64,000 nt of DNA from Candidatus Babeliales bacterium (lineage in GTDB: Bacteria > Babelota > Babeliae > Babelales > JACPOV01). The stretch's first letter is position 1. Every line of letters begins with the position of its first letter. The notes under the pieces are model-generated. The model searched no databases, had not been told where the DNA came from, and saw nothing but the letters and a program-made list of their open reading frames with translations. The position numbers and the translations under genes were made by a program. Below are positions 9,176 to 18,645 of the stretch, piece by piece. The DNA lies in assembly GCA_050250855.1 (NCBI GenBank), contig JBFWNW010000001.1, forward strand, positions 96,001 to 160,000, in the 5' to 3' direction.

Positions 9176-10510
9176 TTATGATTTTTTATCCTGTGTATCA
9201 TAGCCAAGTTTGCGTAGCTCATCGCGTAATGCGTCAGCGCGTGCCCAATCTTTTTGCTTGCGCGCTTCTTCACGTTGCGCGATCAGTTTTTGCATTTCAG
9301 AGGTCACCGTAACTTCTTGTTCAGGAAGTGGTTCAAGCGTCAAGCCCAGTACTTCCATAATAAACTGTTTGACGGCGCAGAATGTTTCCTGATCTTTTTG
9401 TAGCGCATCAAGGTTAGAAAATAGTACGCCCCACAGGCCGGTAGTATTAACATCATCATATAAGAACGCAAGCATTTCTTGCACCAAAGGATTTTTTAAA
9501 ATATCTTGATCAGAAACTTTTTTGCATATGGTTTGCGCAAAGAACTTTGCCAATTTTTGATACGTTTTTTGTGCAACCTCTAATTCTTGTAAAGAAAAAT
9601 CAAGCGGTGCGCGATAGTGATGATTCAAATACAAAAAGCGCACAACCATAGGATCAAACTGCTTGAAAACATCACGCAAGGTAAAAAAATTGCCGAGTGA
9701 TTTTGACATTTTTTCTTTATTAATACGCACGAAAGCATTGTGCATCCAATAGTTTGCAAACGGCTTTTCGGTCAAACCTTCTGTTTGTGCAATTTCATTT
9801 TCATGATGCGGGAATATTAAATCCATGCCGCCACCGTGAATATCAATGCGATCGCCCAAATATTTTTGTGCCATAGCAGAACATTCAATATGCCAGCCCG
9901 GTCTTCCATAACCCCACGGACTCTTCCAAAACGTTCCTTCTTTTTCTGCTTTCCAGAGTGCAAAATCAAGAGGATCTTCTTTGTGTTCATCCACTTGTAC
10001 GCGTGCGCCAGCTTTAAGATCATCACTATTTTGTTTAGAGAGTTTGGTGTATTCAGGAAAAGATTTTATGCGAAAATAAACATCACCATCAACAACGTAT
10101 GCTTTTCCTTTGGCTATCAACCCTTCAATAAATTTGATAATTTCTGGTATAACCGCTGTTACGCGCGGTTCATAGGTTGGAGGCAAGCAATTAAGACGCG
10201 CCATATCTTCATGGTACGCATCAATAAAACGGGTTGCAATTTCTGCAAAGCGGAGCGGATCGTTATATTCTTTTTGGGCGCGTGCAATTAATTTGTCATC
10301 AACGTCAGTGAAATTTCTACAGTAGGTAACGTCATAGCCAAGCAAGCGTAAAAGCCTATACAAAACGTCAAAAAAAACATACACTCTTCCATGCCCCATA
10401 TGAGCAAAATCATAGGGCGTGATGCCACATACATACAAAAGAACTTTTTTGTCTGAAAGTGGCTTGAACGGTTCTTTTTTTCCGGTTAACGTATTAGTAA
10501 TTTTTAGCAT
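9176..10510 (-). CDS. cysS: Cysteine--tRNA ligase
   Basis: YVCGITPYD, HMGH (HIGH), PGWHIECSAM, FPHHENE, KMSKS. Confidence 0.98.
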   Translation of the reverse strand: MLKITNTLTGKKEPFKPLSDKKVLLYVCGITPYDFAHMGHGRVYVFFDVLYRLLRLLGYDVTYCRNFTDVDDKLIARAQKEYNDPLRFAEIATRFIDAYHEDMARLNCLPPTYEPRVTAVIPEIIKFIEGLIAKGKAYVVDGDVYFRIKSFPEYTKLSKQNSDDLKAGARVQVDEHKEDPLDFALWKAEKEGTFWKSPWGYGRPGWHIECSAMAQKYLGDRIDIHGGGMDLIFPHHENEIAQTEGLTEKPFANYWMHNAFVRINKEKMSKSLGNFFTLRDVFKQFDPMVVRFLYLNHHYRAPLDFSLQELEVAQKTYQKLAKFFAQTICKKVSDQDILKNPLVQEMLAFLYDDVNTTGLWGVLFSNLDALQKDQETFCAVKQFIMEVLGLTLEPLPEQEVTVTSEMQKLIAQREEARKQKDWARADALRDELRKLGYDTQDKKS

Positions 10511-10647
10511 GGTATGTATATGTTCTCCATAATTGGGTTGAAATTATTTATAAAAGATTAAAAAAGATACAGGTATTTTTCTGGTTAATTTCAGAAAAAA
10601 AGGTATTCTATTTTCTTAAACCTTGTTTATATTTTTTTACTAAAGTT

Positions 10648-13389
10648 TTGATATTGTGGCAAGAATCAGGAGCAATAATGATTGGGGCAAGAACTAAACC
10701 GAGAAGCAAAATGATTTTTTTTATTATACTATTACAACTGACATTATTTGTATGTGCAGATGAACCTTTGGTGTCAGAGTCGCTTGATTTGCAAGAAGAG
10801 GTTATGCAGGAGCCGATAACACCTGTAAGAGAAGAAACAGTCGGGAGCCCTGACAAGCAAGAAGCTGAAACATCTGAGTCGGTTGCCCAAGAAGAGCAAG
10901 AAGATGCGAGTCTTGATTTTGATGCACATGCGCACGATGATGCTCAAGACCAAGAGCAATTTGTTGATGAAGACAATGCGCCGGTTAAAGAAAAGTATAT
11001 AGCAGAGATTATTGTTGAGGGTAATAAACGTATTCCTTTGCAAGCAATAATCAGCCGTGTTCCCTATCGCTCAGGCGAAATCTTTTCACCACAAAAATCA
11101 AACAAATTGGTGCGTAACTTATATGATCTTGGTTATTTTAGACAAGTAGAAGTGTACGTTGAGGATGTAGATGCAGAGAGTCTTAACCTTATTGTTTCTG
11201 TTGATGAAAAGCGTGTTTTAGAGGAAGTAAGATTTTTTGGTAATTATAATCTTTCAGAAAAAGAGATTAAAAAGAAGCTTGATTTTTCAAAAGTTTCATG
11301 CGCTGATGAAGATGATATACCAAAATATATCAAGGTGCTAAAAAAATTATATCGTGATAAAGATTTTCATGATGTTGACATTAAAGCAGAACTACAAGGT
11401 GATGGTGAACGCGTAACGCTTATTTTTACCATCAATGAAGGCAAAAGAACCCTAGTAAAGCGTGTTCGCTTTACGGGCAATAACTATTTTCAAGATAAAA
11501 AATTACGTTCTATTTTATTTACCCGTGAAGATTGGGTTCTTGGTTTTCTTGACCGAGCAGGAAGTTTCCAGCCAGAAGCAGTAGAAGCAGATAAACAAGT
11601 TATTGAAAACTATTATCAAAGTAATGGTTTTTTTAATGCAAAAGTTACCGATGTTACGTTTGATTTAGATGAAGAAACAAAAGATTTAACGGTAGTATTT
11701 CATATTTTTGAAGGTGAGCAATATCGCATTAGCCAAGTACGCGCGCCGGGTAATGAAGTGGTAACACAAGAGCAGCTGCTTGATCGTATTCCCATTCGTC
11801 CAGGACAACTTTATTCGCGTGAAATGGTGCGTGAAACTATTGAGCTTTTACGTCTAATTTGGGGTGAATTTGGGTACATTAATGCTGATATTGAACCGTC
11901 AGTGCAACCAAATGAAGATGAAAAAACGGTAGCGCTTTCTTTTTATAGCGAATTAGGGCCACGTATCTATTTGAACCGCATCACTATTATTGGTAACGAA
12001 AAAACGTATGACAAAGTAATCAGACGACAGTTGACCGTTGAAGAAGGTTGCATTTTAACAACTAAAGCGATGGATGAATCTAAATCTCGCGTTGAAGGAC
12101 TTGGTTTTTTTGATACACGTGACGGTGTTAACTGGCGTATTATTCCGGTAGCAAAAGATCGCGTTGATTTAGAATTGATTGTCAAAGAAGTACGCACTGG
12201 CCGTATGGAAGCTCAAATGGGCTTTGGTGGAACCCCGCGCGATATTTCTTCTCCAACAGAATCATTTAACGTTACGTTGAACGTTGCTGATACGAACTTA
12301 TTTGGCCGTGGTATCCAAGTAAATGCCAGTGCTTCATTATCAAAAGAAGAGCGTAATCTTTTATTCAATATTACGCAGCCGTGGCTTTTTGACCGACCAA
12401 TTCATGCAACGGGTGATTTATTTATCAAGCGTTCCATTTACGATGATTTTGCCTTTATCAAGCAACCGCAAATTGATGAAAATATTACTGGTGGTACTAC
12501 AGGTATTGGTTTTCTTTCGCGCAAGCTGTGGGATACTACGGTTGCGTATAAACTTGGTGTTGAAGGAATTACGTATAAGCAAACGCCTGAAGTTACTATC
12601 GGAACGGTGCCGGGATTAAATCCGCAACAAATTACGGCACTTGAACTTGAGTTGCAAAATATTATGGATAAACGATTCACCAGCGGTGCATTTTTATGGT
12701 TTGGTGGTTACGCATTTAAAGATTTGCGCAATCATCCTTTACATCCAAGCCGCGGTTACCAATATTCTATGTTTGCTAAACTTGCTGTTCATAGCAATTT
12801 AAAAGATAATCCTCGCGATAACGTAGTACAGAATATTGAAGCGAATGCGGTGCGTAAGCGCTATGGCTTTTTGAAAGTTGATTTTGATGCAAGTTGGTTT
12901 ACGCCACTTATTGGTGAGCGAGATTTAGTACTCGGCTTGCATGCTCATATGGGAATTGTTGGTGGTATTGGTAAAAAAACTATTCCATTCCGTGAGCTGT
13001 ATCATATTGGTGGTCCTGGTAGCGTACGTGGATTCTTATACGGAGAAATAGGGCCGGTCTTTGTAGTACCGCAGTTGCAAAAAAGTGACATGCTTGGTGC
13101 AAAAAAAGCATTTTGGTTAAATGCTGAAATGGTGTTTCCTATTTCAAAAGACTTCTCTATGAAAGGTGCCGTATTTTATGATGGCGGTGCTGGTTGGGAT
13201 ACACCAGATTCTCATGAAATTTCACCGGCAAACTTGCGCAATAACAGTTTTGCATTCCGTCATGCTGTTGGATTTGGGGTAAGAATTTTACGTCCAACAC
13301 CAATAAAAATTGATTGGGGCTTTAAGCTCGATCCAAAACGTGGTGAAACGAAGAGCCAAGTACACTTTAGCATGTATCAAGATTTTTAA
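10648..13389 (+). CDS. bamA: Outer membrane protein assembly factor BamA (true start probably 10678 or 10711)
   Basis: POTRA repeats (GNKRI, GNNYF, GNEKT); VRGF motif; C-terminal aromatic beta-signal (QDF). Confidence 0.93.
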   Translation: MILWQESGAIMIGARTKPRSKMIFFIILLQLTLFVCADEPLVSESLDLQEEVMQEPITPVREETVGSPDKQEAETSESVAQEEQEDASLDFDAHAHDDAQDQEQFVDEDNAPVKEKYIAEIIVEGNKRIPLQAIISRVPYRSGEIFSPQKSNKLVRNLYDLGYFRQVEVYVEDVDAESLNLIVSVDEKRVLEEVRFFGNYNLSEKEIKKKLDFSKVSCADEDDIPKYIKVLKKLYRDKDFHDVDIKAELQGDGERVTLIFTINEGKRTLVKRVRFTGNNYFQDKKLRSILFTREDWVLGFLDRAGSFQPEAVEADKQVIENYYQSNGFFNAKVTDVTFDLDEETKDLTVVFHIFEGEQYRISQVRAPGNEVVTQEQLLDRIPIRPGQLYSREMVRETIELLRLIWGEFGYINADIEPSVQPNEDEKTVALSFYSELGPRIYLNRITIIGNEKTYDKVIRRQLTVEEGCILTTKAMDESKSRVEGLGFFDTRDGVNWRIIPVAKDRVDLELIVKEVRTGRMEAQMGFGGTPRDISSPTESFNVTLNVADTNLFGRGIQVNASASLSKEERNLLFNITQPWLFDRPIHATGDLFIKRSIYDDFAFIKQPQIDENITGGTTGIGFLSRKLWDTTVAYKLGVEGITYKQTPEVTIGTVPGLNPQQITALELELQNIMDKRFTSGAFLWFGGYAFKDLRNHPLHPSRGYQYSMFAKLAVHSNLKDNPRDNVVQNIEANAVRKRYGFLKVDFDASWFTPLIGERDLVLGLHAHMGIVGGIGKKTIPFRELYHIGGPGSVRGFLYGEIGPVFVVPQLQKSDMLGAKKAFWLNAEMVFPISKDFSMKGAVFYDGGAGWDTPDSHEISPANLRNNSFAFRHAVGFGVRILRPTPIKIDWGFKLDPKRGETKSQVHFSMYQDF

Positions 13390-13397
13390 GATTAAAT

Positions 13398-13556
13398 CGT
13401 TCGAATGCTTCGACAGGCTCAGCACGAACGGTTTAATATAAGCACGTATGTACTTTCCAGACTTTCGCACAAATGTTATGTCGGCCATGTAGGATTAAAC
13501 GCTGCGCCGCTCATTTCTCACTCCGTTCGCCCTGAGCTCGTCGAAGGGTGCGAACG
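13398..13556. repeat. REP/REPIN-like inverted pair of palindromic arms
   Basis: Arms at 13398-13431 and 13523-13556 are reverse complements of the 4457-4546 arms, with a different spacer. Confidence 0.85.
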
Positions 13557-13570
13557 CAAAAGATAGAGTT

Positions 13571-13984
13571 CTATTCTTGTTCTTTTTGTTTTTCTTGTAG
13601 TGCAGGAGTGACATGAATTTTCTTGTTAGTTTCAGCAGAAAATTCAAACTCTTCTTGCTTGAAGAATATCCATTGTGTTGCGTTTTTTTGCATAAGAAAT
13701 TCTTCCCATATGGTGAGTATTTGCAAGAATCGTTCTTTAGGTAAACTTACGACCGGAAACTGTTTTTGTTCAATATGTTTTATGACAATAAAATCTGCTG
13801 TTGTTTGCACAAAGCAGGCATCAAGATACACGGTTTCATCATCCGTTGTTGCAAGTGCTCGTAAAAAGTCTGGCATTTGGATAGCATCATGAATAAGTAG
13901 TTCACCAATTACAGAAATATAAGCGTTATCTGTTTTATAAGAAATAGCTCCATCTCTAGAAACATGCAACGTTAATGTGAGCAT
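13571..13984 (-). CDS. Hypothetical protein
   Basis: 137-aa ORF with AAGGAG RBS. Confidence 0.6.
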   Translation of the reverse strand: MLTLTLHVSRDGAISYKTDNAYISVIGELLIHDAIQMPDFLRALATTDDETVYLDACFVQTTADFIVIKHIEQKQFPVVSLPKERFLQILTIWEEFLMQKNATQWIFFKQEEFEFSAETNKKIHVTPALQEKQKEQE

Positions 13985-14106
13985 AAACTCTCCTTACGTA
14001 AAAATGAGATCCTTTTTTTATATAATTAGGTTAGCATTATTTCTTGCAAAAATCTAAAGCATTATGGTTTATTATAGATAAAGGGTTAAAAAAAGGATTT
14101 ATAATT

Positions 14107-14859
14107 ATGACTATATTTGTAACAGTACTGTTTTTTATTTTTGTGTATATGAACTTTTTATTTTTGATAGCTCACTATAAAAATGATGTTAGCATTGTTG
14201 ACATGGGTTGGGCAGGTGGTTTTATGCTTGTTGCGCTAACAAGTTTATTACAAGGAGAACATACTGTTAGAGGATATATTGCGACATTTTTAATATTCAT
14301 ATGGGGTTGTCGTTTGACCTGGCACATTGTTTCACGGCATAAAGGAGAAGATCCTCGGTATACGGCTTTAAAAAAATCATGGGGAACATATGCCGGTATC
14401 AAAATATATGGGTATATTTTTATGTTCCAAGGATTACTTATTCTTTTGATCAGTTATCCATTGCTGTTAATTAATTCTGCAGGATGCGCAGATTTTTCTT
14501 TTTTTGATGTTTCTCTATTCATGCTTTGGATTATAGGGTTTGTTTTTGAGGTGGCTGGAGATTATCAACTTAAAATGTTTTTAGCTAATCCAGCTAATAA
14601 AGGGAAAGTTTGTGAATATGGGTTGTGGCGCTTTACGCGCCACCCCAACTATTTTGGAGAATTGTGCATGTGGTTTGCGCTTAATCTTTTGGCTTTGGGT
14701 TGTTCTTATGGTTTTACTTCGTTTATAAGTATAATTACTTTGATTATTATATTTACTATTTTTTCAATACCTATTACTGAAGCTCAATTTGCCCATAACC
14801 CTGCTTACCAAGAATATAAGAAAAAAACGCCAGCACTTATTCCCATGCCATTTTTTTGA
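14107..14859 (+). CDS. DUF1295 / steroid 5-alpha-reductase-like membrane protein
   Basis: SIVDMGW, GEDPRY, GLWRFTRHPNYFGE motifs. Confidence 0.88.
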   Translation: MTIFVTVLFFIFVYMNFLFLIAHYKNDVSIVDMGWAGGFMLVALTSLLQGEHTVRGYIATFLIFIWGCRLTWHIVSRHKGEDPRYTALKKSWGTYAGIKIYGYIFMFQGLLILLISYPLLLINSAGCADFSFFDVSLFMLWIIGFVFEVAGDYQLKMFLANPANKGKVCEYGLWRFTRHPNYFGELCMWFALNLLALGCSYGFTSFISIITLIIIFTIFSIPITEAQFAHNPAYQEYKKKTPALIPMPFF

Positions 14860-15180
14860 TTAGCCAAGAAATTCTTGTATCTTCAACAACAAATCTTCTT
14901 TTGCAACGTAACCAGTTTCTTTGCCTTTTAATTGTCCACCTTTGACAAAGATGAACGTGGGAATTGAAGTTACACCAAACTGGACTGCTAAATCGCGTGA
15001 TTCATCAACATTGATTTTTACAAATTTATATTTGGAACCATGTTCTTTTTCAAGGTCTGCAAAAATTGGCATCATTTGTTGGCATGGCCCGCACCAGTCT
15101 GCATATACATCGATGACGACAGGTTTTTTTGATTGTAACACTTCAACATCATAATTTTCTTTAGTTATTGCAATAGGCAT
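14860..15180 (-). CDS. trxA: Thioredoxin
   Basis: WCGPC active site; 106 aa; cis-Pro IPT loop. Confidence 0.95.
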   Translation of the reverse strand: MPIAITKENYDVEVLQSKKPVVIDVYADWCGPCQQMMPIFADLEKEHGSKYKFVKINVDESRDLAVQFGVTSIPTFIFVKGGQLKGKETGYVAKEDLLLKIQEFLG

Positions 15181-15298
15181 AATAATCCTTATGTATAATG
15201 TTTTGAAAAACTTTCTTTCTTCTGACTATACCCAAATTTTTTTTATTCGTTAATATTATGGATCAAAGATTATAGCCGTTTACAAGAAAGGAATTATT

Positions 15299-16015
15299 AT
15301 GGCTGGTCCGGTTACGCATATTGTTTTAGCGTTAAAAATGTTTCCCTTGTTGGCAGGATTTTTTGATAAGACAGAATTTTTAGTTGGCACAAGTTTTCCA
15401 GATATTCGTCATCTTGCACATTTGTCACGCGAAGAAACTCATCTTGAACCAGTTTCTTGGGAGCATGTTTTGCATGCAGAGTCATCATTTAAAGCTGGCA
15501 TGTTGTTTCATAATTTAGTTGATCATGCGCGGCTTGATTATTTTGCAGGAAATTATTTTGATGAAAATCAACCATCACGTGCCGATAATTCTTTATATTA
15601 TTCTTTGTATCCTATTGCACAGAAAATGGTGGAAGATGCATTCATGTATCCTTTATGCCAAGAATGGCCCGCAATTATAGAGCTTTTTGACAAAGTGTAT
15701 ACACAAGAATTAGAGCTTTGTCATGATGAAGAAATAGTAAAAAACTGGCATACTCTTTTGCGAAATTATTTTGCCTATGAGCCAACATTAGAAAGTACAG
15801 AAAATTTTTTAAAGGGCGTAGGAAATCTTTACTTGATGATGGATGTAGAAACATTTAATCCTTATGAAAAGTTACAAAATCTTTTTGCCAACCAAGATTT
15901 TTATCAAGCAGTTTATAGATTCTACGATATATTTGGTGTGTTAATAGGCTTAGAAAAATATGAAAAAATTGACTCATTGCACAGTAGAATAGGATACCCT
16001 GTTGCATGTTGGTGA
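15299..16015 (+). CDS. Putative zinc-dependent phospholipase C-like metal hydrolase
   Basis: N-terminal THxxxA, GTxFPD, TH and HxxxD pattern. Confidence 0.5.
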   Translation: MAGPVTHIVLALKMFPLLAGFFDKTEFLVGTSFPDIRHLAHLSREETHLEPVSWEHVLHAESSFKAGMLFHNLVDHARLDYFAGNYFDENQPSRADNSLYYSLYPIAQKMVEDAFMYPLCQEWPAIIELFDKVYTQELELCHDEEIVKNWHTLLRNYFAYEPTLESTENFLKGVGNLYLMMDVETFNPYEKLQNLFANQDFYQAVYRFYDIFGVLIGLEKYEKIDSLHSRIGYPVACW

Positions 16016-16065
16016 AAAATTTTATACAATCAGAAATATAGGTTCATTTTACAGGGAGGATTTCC

Positions 16066-16758
16066 ATGAACTACGCAGGATATACTGCATCGGGTTCGAT
16101 TGCAGATTTCATGTATAAAGTATACGGTTGGATGGCTGCAGGGCTTACTCTAACTGGTGTTACCGCATACTATCTTTTTTATAATCAAGCACTTTTTGCA
16201 ACCATTTTTGGTACACCATTTGCGGCGATGGGTTTAATGCTTGTGCAAATAGCATTGGTTGTTTCACTTGTTGGCATGGTTAATCGTATGAGCATGTCTA
16301 CAGCAACTATGATATTTTTAGGCTATTCAATATTGACCGGCGTAACGCTTTCATCAATCTTCTATGTATATACTATGCAATCAATCTATTTGGTGTTTGG
16401 TATTTCTGCGGGGATGTTTGCAACAATGGCATTATATGGTTACGTTACTAAAGATGATTTAACAGGCGTTGGTTCAATTGCACGCATGGGTCTTTTTGGT
16501 ATCATCATTGCAATGATTGTTAACATATTCTTAAAAAGCGCACAGATGGATTATGTTTTATCATTAGTTGGCGTTGCGGTATTTACGCTTTTGACTGCTT
16601 ATGATAATCAAAAAATAAAACAAATGGGCCATGTGCTTATTGGTCAAGGTGAAATAGCAAATAAGGCTTCCTTGCAGGCAGCATTAATGTTATACCTTGA
16701 TTTTATTAATTTATTCTTATTTTTGTTGCGTATTATGGGGCAACGAAGAAGAGACTAA
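16066..16758 (+). CDS. Bax inhibitor-1/YccA family membrane protein
   Basis: KVYGWM start, about 7 TM segments, AYDNQKI, LYLDFINLF. Confidence 0.93.
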   Translation: MNYAGYTASGSIADFMYKVYGWMAAGLTLTGVTAYYLFYNQALFATIFGTPFAAMGLMLVQIALVVSLVGMVNRMSMSTATMIFLGYSILTGVTLSSIFYVYTMQSIYLVFGISAGMFATMALYGYVTKDDLTGVGSIARMGLFGIIIAMIVNIFLKSAQMDYVLSLVGVAVFTLLTAYDNQKIKQMGHVLIGQGEIANKASLQAALMLYLDFINLFLFLLRIMGQRRRD

Positions 16759-16780
16759 TAAAAATTGATTTTTAATTTTT

Positions 16781-16811
16781 AAGGGCCGCAGAAATGCGGT
16801 CCTTTTTTTTT
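16781..16811 (+). terminator. Intrinsic terminator
   Basis: aagggccgca-gaaa-tgcggtcctt followed by a T-run. Confidence 0.85.
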
Positions 16812-16881
16812 ATCAAGGTTTTATTTTTTTTCTAGTATACTGTCATGAAGTTAATAACCAATTCTTAACAAAGGAGTTCTT

Positions 16882-17568
16882 ATGAAACGTTTTTTTAGCC
16901 TAGTAGTGGCAGGTACTTGCATGGCGTTGCAGCTGCAAGCGCAGGAAAAAGTATGTACCAAGCAAGAGCTTATGATGGATGTTTATGATATAGGGTCAGT
17001 TAAATTTGGTGATTTTATGCTTAAAGTAACTGATGGCTTTATGAGTACTCCTATTTATTTAGATTTAAGACGCATTATGTCTCATCCAGAGTTAATGAAA
17101 AAAGTTGTAACTATGATGCATGAAGCAGTGCGCACTGTTTCCTATGATGTTGTATGTGGTGTTCCTTCGGCAGCGATTCCTTATGCGGCAGTATTTTCAG
17201 CACAAACAAATAAACCATTAATTATGTCTCGCCAAACTATGAAACATCATGGCATGTGCCAATCTGTTGAAGGTGATTATCATAAAGGACAACGCGTACT
17301 CTTGTTTGAAGATGTCATGGTTAGTGGCGCTAGTATTGGATCTGCAGTAGAAACATTGCGTAAAGAAGGTTTGATTGTAGAAGATGTTGTAGTCTTGTGT
17401 GATCGCCAGCAGGGCGGCATGCGCCATGTGGCACAAGAATGTGGCGTGCGTGTGCATGTTATCTTTACCCTTGAAGAACTTCTTGAGCTTCTTGAACAGG
17501 AAGAAAAAATTGATCATCATACCGCAGAATTAGTAAGAACGTATATTGCGCATAATCAGTGTAGTTGA
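16882..17568 (+). CDS. pyrE: Orotate phosphoribosyltransferase-like protein with N-terminal signal peptide
   Basis: KFGDFxLK, PIYLDLR, CGVP, EDVMVSGAS PRPP loop, DRQQGG. Confidence 0.8.
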   Translation: MKRFFSLVVAGTCMALQLQAQEKVCTKQELMMDVYDIGSVKFGDFMLKVTDGFMSTPIYLDLRRIMSHPELMKKVVTMMHEAVRTVSYDVVCGVPSAAIPYAAVFSAQTNKPLIMSRQTMKHHGMCQSVEGDYHKGQRVLLFEDVMVSGASIGSAVETLRKEGLIVEDVVVLCDRQQGGMRHVAQECGVRVHVIFTLEELLELLEQEEKIDHHTAELVRTYIAHNQCS

Positions 17569-17594
17569 TTTAATTGAATTAAAAGGCGCCTATA

Positions 17595-17812
17595 TCCTTC
17601 CCAGGCTTCGCATAAAGCTTCGCCGGGCAGGCTGATACATTTTTCTTTTCGGAAAAACACTCCCTTCGATAAATTCAGGACAGGCAGGATGAGCGCAATA
17701 GTTAAAAAGCGCTCGTGTCCCTCGATGCACCAAGCAAAGCTTGGCACTCGGGATGATCGGGAGAGAGTTGATTAGCCTGTCCGCCGAAGTCTTGACGAAG
17801 GCTGGAAACCAT
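17595..17812. repeat. Nested composite palindromic repeat cluster
   Basis: Several hairpin modules; 17713-17812 is an inverted copy of about 20959-21057. Confidence 0.85.
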
Positions 17813-17835
17813 AGCGCTCAGTAGCTCTCAGTAAA

Positions 17836-17860
17836 ATAAGGGCCGCATTTGCGGCCTTAT
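17836..17860. terminator. Probable terminator hairpin
   Basis: ggccgc-attt-gcggcc at the stop of the convergent gene. Confidence 0.6.
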
Positions 17861-18636
17861 TCTTTTTTTGCCTTTTTTAAAATATATTCTTCAAATGGTA
17901 CAAGAGGAAGTTTTTCAGTACTCAGTTGATGAATGGTAATGTTGCCATCTTTACCTTCCATCGCTCTTTCTAAAAATGCTATATGATTAGGTTCGCTGGT
18001 TTCTGGCAATAAATGTTCAAAAAAATCAAGATGGATATAATCTTTTTTGGGAATATCCTTGGTAAGATGTTCTATCCATTTTTTTAAAGAATTTTTTTTA
18101 AGCCATATTAAAGAGTATGATTCAGTTAAGGTAGTTTGTGATTGAGGAATAGCGCATACAAGAAAAAAATTGTTCATATCAGGAGAAATATTAAAGGCAT
18201 GAATTTTTGCAAAAACATGTAAAAAATATTTAATATCTGGTTGTGGATGATCAAAAGGATCTATCGTTTCAAGCTCCAATTTAGTTTTTTTGTCATACAC
18301 CATAAAGCCTTGCATGGCTCCTGTGCCATAGATAAGTTCTTTTTTTAAAAGAAGAAGATGGTCTTTGCCAACACGAAATTTAAGCACACTGGGTTCAAAT
18401 AAATAGAAGGGTCCTTCAGCAACACAGCTTTTGTCTTCTTTTGCGTAAAGGCTGTTCTGCTCTAAATAATAATTTTCTTTTTCTGTGTAGCGAGCTCTGA
18501 TATCATTAGCTGCTGCAAGCAAAGCTATCTGAGCAGAAATATCTTTTTGTTCGAGTTCTTGAAAATAAGTAGTATCTAAACTCTTTTCACTTGCGCATGC
18601 TGTTGTTATGAATAGTAACATAAGAACAGCGATCAT
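17857..18636 (-). CDS. Secreted hypothetical protein
   Basis: 259-aa ORF with hydrophobic N-terminus. Confidence 0.65.
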   Translation of the reverse strand: MIAVLMLLFITTACASEKSLDTTYFQELEQKDISAQIALLAAANDIRARYTEKENYYLEQNSLYAKEDKSCVAEGPFYLFEPSVLKFRVGKDHLLLLKKELIYGTGAMQGFMVYDKKTKLELETIDPFDHPQPDIKYFLHVFAKIHAFNISPDMNNFFLVCAIPQSQTTLTESYSLIWLKKNSLKKWIEHLTKDIPKKDYIHLDFFEHLLPETSEPNHIAFLERAMEGKDGNITIHQLSTEKLPLVPFEEYILKKAKKE

Positions 18637-18645
18637 AATTATTCC

